DNA of 64,000 nt, from NCBI GenBank assembly GCA_951406725.2, contig OX597817.1, positions 87,420,001-87,484,000 of the forward strand. Reading direction: 5' to 3'. The notes beneath the pieces are model-generated. The model did no database searches. It had not been told where the DNA came from and saw only the letters and a program-made list of their open reading frames with translations. This DNA is from Octopus vulgaris (taxonomy: Eukaryota). The translations under genes and the position numbers were made by a program. Below are positions 15,514 through 28,529 of the stretch, one piece after another (the stretch's first letter is position 1; every line of letters starts with the position of its first letter).

Positions 15514-15594
15514 TTGCCCTGAGGAGGTTTTTGCTTTTAACTTCATAATGTGAAAATTTGGATGGAACAAAAAACTGAAACGCCGCGTAGGCAA
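15514..15594 (+). ncRNA. type I hammerhead ribozyme (family 2, copy 1)
   Basis: ttgcc-CUGAGGA-ggtttttg...caaaaaact-GAAA-cgccgcg-UA-ggcaa. Stem I 5 bp, stem II ~7 bp, stem III 3 bp, GUA site. Confidence 0.75.
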
Positions 15595-15964
15595 TATGAA
15601 TTGTCTATGATAATTAATAAATAAATTGATTATCCTATGTATGTATTCTCCATTTTTCTTTATATTGTTAAAATTATATATATATATATATATATATACA
15701 TACATACAGACAGACAGACAGACATATACACACACATACACAACACACATATATAAGTTTGTATGGAAAGAGGTTATCCAAGCTTACACCAGTTTAGCTC
15801 TTTATCGATTAACGAAATTGGAAGTTCTATATGTGCATATGTACTAACGTTTATCGTTGGTTCTTCTATATCAGTACCTTATACCTTATACCTCTGAAAT
15901 TCCAGTTTATTCCAACTGAAATAAATTCTCCATCCGTTAGGATGTGAAAGAAGTGAAAGTCAAT

Positions 15965-16045
15965 TTGCCCTGAGGAGGTTTTTGCTTTTAACTTCATAAT
16001 GTGAAAATTTGGATGGAACAAAAAACTGAAACGCCGCGTAGGCAA
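15965..16045 (+). ncRNA. type I hammerhead ribozyme (family 2, copy 2)
   Basis: Identical motif in the duplicated unit. Confidence 0.75.
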
Positions 16046-16121
16046 TATGAATTATCTATGATAATTAATAAATAAATTGATTATCCTATGTATGTATTCT
16101 CCATTTTTCTTTATATTGTTA

Positions 16122-16158
<37 letters not shown>

Positions 16159-16386
16159 CTATATATGTGTGTGTATATGTTTGTGTGTCTGTGTTTGTTC
16201 TCCCAATATCACTTGACAACCGATGCTGGCGTGTTTACGTCTCCGTTACTTAGCGGTTCGGCAAAAGACACAAAATATAAGCCCTGGGGTTGATTTGTTC
16301 GAGTAAAAGCGGTGCTCCAGCATGGCCGCAGTCAAATGACTGAAAGAAGCAAATGAGTAAAAGAGTAAAAGAGATATGTATGTATG

Positions 16387-16459
<73 letters not shown>

Positions 16460-18002
16460 ATAAAGGAATGCTTTAGTTGAGGAGTCGGTACTTATTTGCC
16501 GACAAACGCTAACTTAGAAAGTTAGCCTTTGTCGGCAAATAAGTACTACTAGCTGGGATTTGTAAGAAATAATTTCAATAATTTCTGTTGAAGTCAATTA
16601 TATTGCTACTATAATAAATGTCTTCTAAAAACAGAAATGGAAGAGTATAAGTAAGAAATAATTTCTTCAAGTTCCATTACTTAATAGATTCATCTAAAAA
16701 CGTTAATCACATGAAAAACGAGAGATAAATTTACATTAACGTTTTATGTGCATAATATTAAAGAGCTTATCTATTTCATTTCTAAACTCTTCTATTTTCC
16801 TATTTTCAAAAAATTGACGAATTTTACTGTTTGTAGATTGACGTTATAATTTTATCAACGATATTTTTATGGGTAGAATTAAGAATGATAAGGTCAGAAT
16901 AAAACCGAAACATGTCTCAACAGCTTCCTGTTCTTAAAAAGCAATATATTAGTCAATTTTTTTTTTCTTTCCCGTATATTTATTTCAAGTTACCTTTTAA
17001 TCTTCAGTGTATGAAATATGTTCACATTAGCATATTTAAGATAAGTTAAGCATTCTTTAATGAAGATCATGTTGATAAATGCAACAATTGAGAAATTTAA
17101 TGTTCCATCGGTTTCAAGTTTTAGGTTTTAGCTTCCCTTCTGTTGAGATGTGAAGTGCAGTAAGCAGGTGATATATAACTTTCTCATTACTCTATATTAG
17201 TGCTTTATGACTTGCATATTTCTGTGTCTATGACAGAGTGGTTTGGAATCTAGTTGGAAAATGCATTAAAGTATCTGTTAATTATCCTGACCAATGACTA
17301 AAATATATTATAAACAAGACCACACACACAAGGTGCTTACAATAAGGTGTGCTATGATTTATTTTGTACACATAATTTTGAGCAACACTCAAACTATTTA
17401 ACAAATATATTTTAAAATTACAATGTTCAGAACCGTTTTTATGAAGCTTCTCTATCTAATAATTAGATTAGTTTAAACGATATTCTGCCATTTTCACAAT
17501 CTCGCCATTTATTAAAGCTCTAACTTTCAAATAATGTAATTAACTTTCTTTCGCTTCTAAACCAATATTCTTTGGAATTATAGCACAATTTGTTAGCTCG
17601 TACCATAATTGTGGAAATCAGAATGAAAACGAACATCATAATTTTCATGACTGCATATATAAAGAATACATTTGGTGGGATATATTTCGTAGATTTTTGT
17701 TTGTTGTTTTTTTTAAAATTATTGTTGTTATTTTGCGAACACAAAGCATCTTACACATAATTATAGAGCTCCAAAATTGAAAGATTTTTGCTGAAATTTC
17801 TTCCATTAAAATATATTACATATAATGCTTTAATTATAAGTTTTAAAGGATAAATCTATTTGCGTTCATCCAGCAGTAGATCCTTTTCTATCAATTTAAA
17901 ATCTCACCAAATGCGGTGGAATATATGAGTGTGCTTGGTGCGTGCGAAAATATGCTTCTGGTTTGTATAGATTCTTTACTTATAAATATATGTATGTATG
18001 TA

Positions 18003-18042
<40 letters not shown>

Positions 18043-19251
18043 AATGTATGTAGGTATATACATACATATATATAGGCACATGTATAAGCACACTTATATA
18101 CATGACCGTACACACACATACGCATACGTACATGCATATATATATAAGTACAAATACTTCAGTATTTATATATACACAGACATATTATTACGAATATATA
18201 TATGTGTGTGTGTGTGCATGTATGTAGTTGTATGTGATCTACCCACACAAGTCAGTCATATATGTAAGCGTATTCTAATATATGTAGTGCACTTGCGTTT
18301 GTATGTGATATATGACGTATACACTTTAGAACAAATAATTGTGCGTATATTAGAATACGCTTACATATATGACTGACTTGTGTGGCTAGAACACCTACAG
18401 CTACACACATACATATAGAGATATATACATATACATACACACATATGTGTGTATGTATGTATGTATGTATGTATGCATGTATATATATCGTTAAAACAGG
18501 ACATTTTTGAGAATACTAAATGCAGTATAAAATAACTTAATTTCCAAAGTTTTGAGCTTGGCAGGAAGCAATCTAATGAAACTTTCCTAAATTCAATAGA
18601 TATTAAAAGATATATATTAATGTATTTTTGTAAATCATTTTCTCTCTCCATAATATTGTCAATGTTTTCAGATTCGATGTTTGGAAACTATTAAGGCAAA
18701 TTCCCTTGCTAATTCATTTTTTTCCTTAACTAGTAGTCTATTGGCAAACAGGAAATTAACAACATCCATTAATATTATAAAACCACTTAAAAACAAAGCG
18801 GGCGAAATGTTCAATAAATAATAAATAGGTGTTGCTCACTAAAATATTTAATAACTACATTCATATGGTTAGATATGACCAAATGAAAACGATTTTTGCT
18901 TATTTTTATATTTCAATGTATTTCGTGTTTTTTGTTTTTGTTTTTGTTTCAGTGAAGATGACTGTTTTAAAACCTTGTCATAATACCGACATATTTCATG
19001 GTAGAATCATACTTCAAAAGAGTACAAGAGACATTGACTATCGATCGTTTCTCTCGTATAAGTTCTGTATGTACCAGCGAGGGTTCCTATGACTGGTTGC
19101 TCGATCTGTTAGAATTAACCCTTTTTTTCCAAATGACACACTATTGTTTCAAAAATGGGAAATATTAAAGGCATAACGTATACACAGACACACAAACACA
19201 GACACACAAACACACTCACACACAAACAAACAAACAAACACACACACACAT

Positions 19252-19322
<71 letters not shown>

Positions 19323-19536
19323 AGAAGATATGATTTGGACATCTAGAAGCCCTTTAAACATAGGTTTGTTCAATTAGAGTTAACCTGGCTCAAAGTGATA
19401 GGTTAAGCAACATTATTTAAATATGAGCGCACACACTCAGATATATATATATATATATATGTATAAATATGCACATATATGTATGTATATTTATAGATAA
19501 ACATACATATAAATATATGCTATACATATATGTATA

Positions 19537-19590
<54 letters not shown>

Positions 19591-19604
19591 CATTCCACAT
19601 AGTG

Positions 19605-20978
19605 AATGCTTTGATGAACATATATCATATGAAGGTTCTGTGAATAAAGATAGTAACCCAAGAATATTATACCAGACTTAGAAAATATGGCAGTCGGAAC
19701 TCTCCTTTCACCACACGACAATATCCCACAATGCATTTTCAGTACCAGTGCTGATTCCAACATTTGGGATATTTCACTATTCTGTTGAAGAAACCCACTC
19801 CATAGACCCATAAGATACTGATACTTACTGAAAATCTCCACAGAAGTAGTGATATCAACAGGCTCAACGTAAGAATAGATAAAGAAGGTAGAGTCTTGAG
19901 ATCAGTGCATACAGCCTTAGAATGTCACATAGTTTCTCTGAGACTGCACTTGCTACTGAAGAAAAAAAAAGAAAAAAGAACAGCAGCAAATAATACATTA
20001 ACTTAGTGCTGAAAAGTGAAGGAAAAAATATCCTAAGTATCGGAAGCGAGCTCCTCAGGAAGTACTCTCTTCCAGATGACCTCCCATACAACCCCATAAC
20101 AACCAGACTAGACTTGGAGGTGAATAGATCGGTATGCCAAAAAAAGAAAAAAAGATCATGCTGAGGTATATTTCCCGAAGACTTGAAGAAGACAGTAACA
20201 TTGACGTTTCATTACATCACACTTCTAAGGCTCTGCATTTGCAATCCAAGAACAGGAGATTGCTACAAAAATACCTAAATATAGTGAAACCCTTTAAGTT
20301 CCAGGATGCGATTATGTCATATCTAAGTTGGAAGACATCACTCATGTGATTTGTAGCTGCCCAAGTGTCATCGAAGTACTACTTCTCTGTGCGATACGAT
20401 GATGTCACAAAAGCAATGCATAAAGACTGTACTGGAATAAATATAGAGAAATATAGAAAATACCCCTGTAGTTGATAAGCACAAGGAATATTGGTAAAAA
20501 TTTCTATCAAAACACCTGTCATATATAAGCATAATAGGCCGGATATTGTTGTTTTAGACGGACAACAAAAAGTATGTACCGTCATAGAGGTCAGCTGTCC
20601 TATTGATATGAATACCTCTTTGAAAATGAAAGAAAAAGAAGATAACTATGGATAACTGCTCCAAGACCGCCAGCTTCTGTATCGGATTAGAAATATACAT
20701 TTATATAAATAATAAATGATGCACTTGATTTTGTGAGTAAATACCTAATTGTCAATCTGGATAAGCTAGAATTTTCAGAAAAAGAAACCAACCGACTGAC
20801 TTGCACATTACAAATACATTCTGTAAGAGGTACAGTGAAACTATGCAAGACTTCTCTCATGCATAAAATCTGACATCGTTTTCATTATCTACATTCCCGC
20901 GTTGGAGCTTTGTGTCTTTGTTAGAAACCAGCCCCTTCTTCAAAGAAGGATATAAATAATTAAAAACAGAAAAGAATA
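19605..20978 (+). mobile_element. R4/Dong-like RLE non-LTR retrotransposon, 3' fragment
   Basis: DEHISYEGSVNKD..YYTRLRKIWQSELS parallels 47060-47160. HNRPDIVVLD..CTVIEVSCP is an RLE motif (~20530-20600). 3' end resembles 48640-48697. Confidence 0.75.
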
Positions 20979-21025
20979 CACATACATACACACATATGTA
21001 TGTATATATGTATGTATGTATGTAC

Positions 21026-21075
<50 letters not shown>

Positions 21076-21084
21076 ATATATATA

Positions 21085-21113
<29 letters not shown>

Positions 21114-21121
<8 letters not shown>

Positions 21122-21519
21122 TCAATATATTGATTAATTATGAATTTTCTGGTTGATTCCGTAATGGAATCGGCGGCTTATATTTATTTGCTGCCGATAA
21201 ATTTGGCGCGAGTGCGATGATTTGAAAATTTTAGGTCAGATATTGCCGAGGCAGGGACAGAAATACCTCGTGAAAATATCTGTTCCGTTCTGGCTATTTC
21301 TTACTGAGGAATCTAAGAGCCTATGGAAGATTGGCTTGATTTAATTTAATCAGGTTAGTTTACCATTAAACAGTAGATGAAACGGTGCATCGTATAAGAA
21401 ATTACAGGGTAAATGTTTTTTAATTTTCTCCTGGTTTACGGAATTAATGTTATTTTGCGGTTGAAGCTTTGGCTGTTATTTCTAGTGGGTGAATGGCCTA
21501 TTATGGCCGTTCCTTGATT

Positions 21520-21522
<3 letters not shown>
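21114..21522 (+). mobile_element. solo diverged copy of the 483-bp hammerhead element, in (TA)n
   Basis: Collinear with the units at 61949-63722 and flanked both sides by (TA)n. Starts with a 28-bp perfect palindrome (21114-21141). Confidence 0.9.
21296..21402 (+). ncRNA. type I hammerhead ribozyme (family 1, solo)
   Basis: atttctta-CUGAGGA-atcta...tagat-GAAA-cggtgcatcg-UA-taagaaat. Stem I 8 bp, stem II 5 bp plus extension, stem III 4 bp, GUA site at 21392-21394. Confidence 0.88.
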
Positions 21523-21609
<87 letters not shown>

Positions 21610-21616
21610 TATATTA

Positions 21617-21955
21617 GTGAAGGCGCATGGCTCGGTGGTTACCGCATCGAGCTTACGATCGTGAGGTTGTGAGCTAGAATCCTGTACCGGGCTGCGTTTT
21701 GTGTTCTTGAGCAAGACACTTTATTTCACGTCGCTCCAGTTCACTCTGCTGTAGAAATGAGTTGCGACGTCACAGGTGTCAAGCTGTATCGGCCTTTGAC
21801 TTTCCCTTGGATAACACTGGTGACGTGGAGAGTGGAGGCCAGTATGCATGGACGACTGTTGGTCTTCCATAAACCACCTTGCCCGGACTTGTGCCTGGGA
21901 GAGTAACTTTCTAGGTGCAATCCCATGGTCTGTGTCGTGACTGAATGGGGTCTCA
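21617..21955 (+). mobile_element. tRNA-derived SINE (family B)
   Basis: Head ggcgcatggctcggtggtt..., central ttgagcaagacactttatttcac. Inverse copy at 31640-31972. Confidence 0.8.
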
Positions 21956-22131
21956 GATAGCGTTTTTCAGATGGCCAGATAGCCGAAGAGATGGTGTTGT
22001 GGATTTCCACTTCGGCATCCGAAACTCAGAGTTTTATCTTGGCTATTGAATAATTGTTACATATCAATTTACAGATAAATTTCCTCTAATATTGAGGTCC
22101 CTTTCTTTCTTTTGTTATCTTACCGTTTTTA

Positions 22132-22170
<39 letters not shown>

Positions 22171-22217
22171 TTATTTATTTATTTATTTATATATATTTAT
22201 TTATATATATATATATA

Positions 22218-22580
22218 TGATGATGATGATGGCCGTCCACTCGTGACCGAGGAAGACCATTGCCGACCATCAGGAACATTGTGCGCTCTAGGACTAACTT
22301 ATATTTTGCATTTGCGGCTCCGTTGGTGGCTAATGAGCCCTGCTCTTGACAAGCATACATGACTGCAAACATTGCAGACCAAGCTTTCCCTATTCACTAT
22401 ACGAGCCGTGCGCTTTCGCGCAGTTCGCTTAAGTTCTTCATGCTGGATACGTGCTCTCTCAAAAGTGTCGATCCCCTCATTAACCTGCTTCCTCCATCTG
22501 TGGCGATGACAGGCATTGTTCTCCCAGTCAGTGTCCTGCATATCAAAGGCTTTTAACGAGGACTTGACACAGTCCTTAAA
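22218..22580 (-). mobile_element. RTE-clade LINE 3' fragment
   Basis: KDCVKSSLKAFDMQDTDWE..RHRWR..CNVCSHVCLSRAGLISHQRS (RTE-like C-terminal C2H2-type motif), followed by a (CAT)n tail. Confidence 0.8.
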
Positions 22581-23557
22581 TATATATATTCAGCTGAAGA
22601 TCACCGTGGCGCAGTATCGTGCGACGAGATAATCTCTGTTTCAGTTTCATTAAACTAGAAATATGTTATTTTGTAATACATGATATAATACACAAAAACG
22701 CCTATACATGCATTTATGATACATATATACATGTGTATGTGCGTGTGTGTGTGCATGCATGTGCGTGCGTGTGTGTTATGAAAAGTGACAGGGTTTCAAA
22801 ACAATTCAAAGCATTTATATTAATAGACATACAGCGAAACAGAATTCTATGTCTGGAAACAGATTGCTTTCTGATCGATACGAACAGAAGCGTTGTAAGT
22901 CGCAGATAAATAAGAGATACACGAATCTACACTTATTATATATACACGTTCGACAACAAAGCCATAAGACCCAATGTGTCATAATTCTGTTCAAAACTTC
23001 ACAGATTTTGAATTTGCCATATTTCAATGTAGATTAACTGCTGAAGAGTGTGTCAATAAATACGACATTAGCTGTATTTGCTGATGCACTCATATTTATA
23101 TTAATAGCAAAATTATTAATATTTGTATTTCTCAAAATATATCACAAATACAGGCATCCATTAGACTGTTCCATCAACTAGTTTGAAGCGTTATCACTTA
23201 ATATAATATGCTGACTAATTGAATGAATAAACGATTCTAAGCAAATACATAAACACGTATACATCTATAAACACACTCGCACAAACACAAACACACATAC
23301 ACACATATACGTACATATGAATACACATATACCTACACTCACATACATACATACATAAATATATACATAAACACACTTCCGTACATATGTAAAATATATA
23401 TGTGAGTGTGTGTATGTATATATATATATAGGTAATTTGCAAGGAACCAGACGAATATGCTCAATATATATAGAATATAATTACATATATTCGTTCATAA
23501 ATACATACATGCATGCATACATACAAGCATACATACATACAAATATATATGTGTGCG

Positions 23558-23589
<32 letters not shown>

Positions 23590-23856
23590 CACATATAGAG
23601 AGAGAGGGAAAGAGAGAGAGACAAACGGAGATAGACTGACAGACAAATGATATGAAGGAGCACCGTATATTGAATTATATCATTTTGAAAACATGTTATA
23701 TAAACGTAATCATAAATATATTCATGGAAGTAAATTATTTAGCCATAATTGATCTTTACAGCTGTTTCAGAATTTCAGCGGCTTATTGATGTATGAACAT
23801 TGTAATGCAATAATATACATAAGAATGTAGAAATTCCTGTCCACACATAAGTAATA

Positions 23857-24748
23857 TGCGTATTCTGATCAATAAGTATCAGAATTGTTACTATAGTAAC
23901 GAAATTAACGCACGAAGAGTAAAGCCGCTTGATATGAATTGACCTTAAACTCTGTTGAACATGCACACTAAGTTTTAACATACCAGCTCACTTCCTCTGT
24001 TTACAGCAGTGCTTGGAAGGAAGGTGTGTAGCGTGTGATAGTCGCATTAACCATGACAGGAAGCTGAGGAGAGAATCTGCATCAAATTTTGCCAAAAACT
24101 TGGCAATGCCTGCTCAGAAGCTTACGCCAAGTTTTCGAAAAGTTTTCATCGTTTTGGGCTCAATTAAGAAGATCTTGTACAACTGAAACCCGAGTGTCTT
24201 TTTGTCAGTTGAAAGCAGTTTTGGTACAAACTTAGCAGACTCGCATCTCACACCCAAATCTTCAGTGATGATGGACTGAACTGAACCGTAATTAACCTGC
24301 ACATCCTCTGATATCTCACAGATGGTTATTCGATGATTTTCCCTCACATATGCACGGATATCTGCGATGTTTCTCTCGGTTCTGCTGGTTGTGGGTCTCC
24401 CAGAACGTTTGTCAATACTGACATTTTTTCGGCCATCTTGGAAACGTCTGAACCACTTGTACACTTGTGTGCGGCTCATACACTCCTCTCTATACACTTT
24501 CTGCAACTTTGCGTAGGCCTCTGAGCAGGAATCGCCATGACAACTTTCTCTGTCATGGTTACTGCGACGATCACACGCTACCCTCCTGCCTTCCAAGCAT
24601 TGCTATAAACAGCGAATGTGAGCTAGAACGTTAAAACTTAGTTAAAACACAGCAAAGTTCAAGGTCAATCCGTACTAAGCGGCTTCATTCTGCGTGCTTT
24701 AGCTTCGTTAAAATGGCAACAGTCCGGACATTTATTGATCAGACCTCG
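23857..24748 (-). mobile_element. mariner-derived element with inverted duplicated 5' ends
   Basis: TIR ctgatcaataa at both ends; arms ~23857-24130 and ~24505-24748 are inverted. ORF 24114-24596 has a mariner N-terminus (MSRTQVYKWFRRF..RSGRPTTS..AKFVPKLLS). Confidence 0.8.
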
Positions 24749-24961
24749 TTTGTTATAACAACGTTTATAAATGATTTAATACTATTTAGAAATTCTCTTT
24801 TGTCACTTTATTCTCTGCTTCATATATATTTTTTACCACCCAACGCTTTTTCAGCAGGACTTTTTGCAACCATGATTAGAACATTAAATTTTAAGAATCT
24901 GGGCTAGTCAGAGAACTAATTCGGTGTTAATGTGTTATACGCGTAGACTAACTCTCATCCG

Positions 24962-25001
<40 letters not shown>

Positions 25002-25067
25002 TAGCTGAAGGTGACCCGCTCTACGCGCGGGTAAGAGTGTGGTTGTTACTTTCTGTTGCTTCCTTTC

Positions 25068-25378
25068 AGCACGTAAAAAGCACCATCCGAACGTGGCCGA
25101 TTGCAGCGCCGCCTTGACTGGCTTCTGAGCCAGTGGCACATAAAAAGCACCAACCGATCGTTGCCGCTGCGAGCCCCCTGGCACCTGTGCCGGCGGCACG
25201 AAAAAAGCACCCACTACACTCACAGAGTGGTTGGCGTTAGGAAGGTCATCCACCTGTAGAAACACTGCCAGATCAGACTGGAGCCTGGTGCAGCCTCCTG
25301 GCTTCCCAGACCCCGGTCAAATTGTCCAACCCGTGCTAGCACGGAAAACGGACGTTAAACGATGATGATGATGATGAT
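25068..25378 (+). mobile_element. SINE-like repeat with (GAT)n tail
   Basis: Repeated (g)gcac.taaaaagcac modules, ggttggcgttaggaagg motif, ending cggacgttaaacgatgatgatg. Confidence 0.6.
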
Positions 25379-26138
25379 TCTCCCTCTTTGTTTCTCTCTC
25401 CTTTCTCTCTCACTTTCCCACTTTCTTACTTTTCTTTTCTCTCGGACTCTCCCTCGCTTTCTCTTACTCTCTATCTTTATCTATCTCTCTCCCATTTATA
25501 AACAACAAAAGATCTTGAGTAAGTTGAAAAATAAAATATTTAGAAAGATCAATCATAAATATCAGGCAGTGGCAACGGAAAGGTTTGCTTCAAGGCAGAC
25601 AGCAAAACACTAACATTTAAAAGGGACAGACGAACTTGCGAGCTGAATAAAAATAATAAAATATTGGAAAGCAAAGTTTGAAGGGATAGAATCTGAGGAT
25701 AGAAGAGTCACCATGACTGGCATTTCTTAACGACGGACAGCAGCGTGTTGACAGTTTAACGGCTGGCGTAAAATTTTGAACTTGATGTAAAAGAAAATTC
25801 GTAAACACCAAGTTTTGAAGTGATTCTTTCTCACGACAGTAGACTCACCATGGCAAGCGTTCAAAACCTCTTCATCATGGACGGCAACACATTGAAGATT
25901 AAAAGGCTGGCGCAAATTTTTTAGCTTGATGTAACAGAATTCCTAAACACTCGCTCCTTTAGATTTTAATCCCCTTCCAGCCCCATTTATACCCCTTTTC
26001 ACCTTTTGGTTAATATAACCCGATTTCATTCGGGTCTACTGGGGCCACATTTTATAAGATGAGGAATTTTGTCCTAGAGGTCACGCCTTTCATTTGAGGA
26101 AAAAAATAGTTGTCATGCAAACTTGCCAGCACTTTTAA

Positions 26139-27180
26139 CCCTTTCGTTACCAAACCGCCCAAAGCCGCCCGAAAAAAATTTTGATTAATGTGACCAAACC
26201 GCCCAAACCCGCCCGTATTTATTACATTCGTGAAAACACGTGATTATACTTCGTAAACAGTCATCTACAGTTTTGTATAACAATCGAAGTATAATTTTAA
26301 TTCCGTGAATTTTGGGAGATTTTTTTCCAAAATTTGTTCCTATTGTGTTTTCAAACTTTGTAATTCTGACAAAAATGGATACGAATTTTATCATATCAAG
26401 CAGCGAGTCAGAATTCGAAGGATTTTCTACTGAAGACCTTGATAAATCTAACTCTATGACTGAAAAAAAAAGCACGTGGTATTTGATAATGAATCTGATG
26501 TTTCATTTTCCGAAAGTGAAAACAGTGAATCCGAGAGCTCCGACAGCGATAAAGAAAATGAATTGGCACCTGAATGGAGTGAAAATTGAAAAACTGTTTC
26601 TTTCGGTGATTTTTCTGAAGAAACTGGACCAAGCTACAGACTTTCCCAGGAGAGTAAAGCCTTAGACTATTTCTTTTTACTTTTTCGAATGAGCCTATTT
26701 GAAATCATTACGGCGGAAACGAACCGTTAGGCTAAAAGTAAACAAAGCGAAAGAAAGGATAGTTAGTGGTTTCCCACAACCTTAAATGAAATTAAGACTA
26801 TTTTGCCATAAATATTATTATGGGTATCAGAAAGTTAACCAGAATAACAAATTCTATCGTAAAATTTTGTTGTATACCCAATTGAATATTAGCTAATAAC
26901 CCATTTTCTATAGCGATGTTTGAACAAAATTTTAATAATTTTATATTTTGTTTAATTTACCTGTATCTACCTGCAATTAGAATCACTTTGTGACAAAAAT
27001 TATAGTATAGAATTGGTTGAGAACATTTCATTAAATTATCTTCCAAAAATCACATTAATATATTGATAAATAAAAAAGTTATAGTTGTTTAATGAAACCA
27101 GACTAACTTTATGATTATGTTAGAAATTAATTGAAACACATAAGGGGTGTATTTTGGTCAGAAATATAGTAACGAAAGGG
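26139..27180 (+). mobile_element. non-autonomous piggyBac element
   Basis: TTAA|ccctttcgttac ... gtaacgaaaggg|TTCA, perfect 12-bp TIR. 5' transposase remnant MDTNFIISSSESEFEGFS..LFEIITAETNR. Confidence 0.85.
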
Positions 27181-27226
27181 TTCATAGGTGTGCATATTTT
27201 CAGCTGAACCGATCGACCACATAATG

Positions 27227-27298
<72 letters not shown>

Positions 27299-27332
27299 CA
27301 CGCATTATATATACAAATTATATATATATGTA

Positions 27333-27515
27333 TAAATTAAATTAGAGATAAAACCACTAATAGGCAAAAAAAAAACATAAAAATAAAAATATAATATAGA
27401 AAATATATAAAATTGAAAAATTTAAATTATTTAAATTTAAAATAAAAATTATTAAATTATATTTATAATTTGTTTAAAAATATATATAACTATCAAAAAG
27501 TATTAAAAAGTTTAA
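27333..27515. repeat. AT-rich dispersed repeat (second copy 31366-31626)
   Basis: taaattaaattagagataaaaccacta...aactatcaaaaa.tattaa.aagttt is shared by both loci, each in (TA)n. Confidence 0.65.
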
Positions 27516-28529
27516 TATACATAAATACAGATATATACACTTTGTATATATACATTATATATACATATTTATATAACGGACACACACACACACACACATA
27601 TATAAATGAACGCAATGAATATCTGATTCATAATATTTGTTCTCATGATTGTGTGTTGTTGGTAGCGATGATAATTCTCCCTATGAATGCAGACAGATAC
27701 ATCAAAGAAAGCCGTCTGACGAACTTATAAAGGAAAAGTGAAAGGGAGTTGAGGAGAGACAGATACACCAAAGAAAGCCGTCTGACGAACTTATAAAGGG
27801 AGAGTGAAAGGGAGTTGAGGGGAATACATTAAATAACGGGAGTGGACTTCTCAAAGTTATAAATGAAGGGGAGTAGGAGAGGGAAAGGAGGAAATAGCGT
27901 GAGTGAGGAAGATGGCCCCTAGCAACCACACCTTTCAATATAGGGATTTATAAGGTAGCCCACGGGCATCGTCACCTCATTCTACATGTCCCTGTAATTT
28001 TGGAGCGAATCGGACGGGATGTAGTGGCATTGAAAGCAATCCAAGAGTTAAAAACGCATTTCAGTTTTATATATAGAGATATATATAATTGTTGAACAGG
28101 ACCCCAAACATTAAGGCAAGGCAAACATCACAAGTCATATACAATATTATTATAGGAAAAAATTCAAAATCTTACAGTTGTTTCTGGGATATCCTCGAGT
28201 ATGGGATATATGTGGCTGGCTAAGGACGTGGAATTGCCAGCCACGTACACAATCTAATTAATAGAAAAATACAATATAAACTTTTCTGGGCTATAATAGA
28301 CTCCAGTTGTGGACTCTGCTTAAAATGTACGAGCAGTAGCTTTCTCATTGGTTTCCCAAAAATGTTCACCTTTTTTCAAATTTTTAACTATACGTTGACA
28401 TACGCTGATCTCAACAACAGCGCCTGTCTCATCGAATTTTATTTGGTACATTATATTTACACTGAAATACTGCTTTTATTGGAATGTTCCTCGAGTATTC
28501 TTTATGTTTAAATATGTGGAGACATTTTA

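Larger units (their letters stand above)
15244..16145 (+). repeat. 451-bp tandem duplication carrying a hammerhead motif
   Basis: Markers recur at +451 (15256/15707; 15519/15970). Only two substitutions seen in the non-microsatellite part. Confidence 0.9.
25001..28079 (-). mobile_element. putative Helitron-like element with nested insertions
   Basis: Minus strand: 5' TCtctatatataaaac at 28079; 3' hairpin acccgcgcgtagagcgggt then CTAG at 25001. That the two ends belong to one element is inferred. Confidence 0.45.

Noticed and set aside
27677-27748. Type III hammerhead-like string ctcccUA...CUGACGA-actt..aagt-GAAA-gggag
   Set aside because: Stems II and III pair, but no credible stem I exists between the cleavage site and the core; likely chance.
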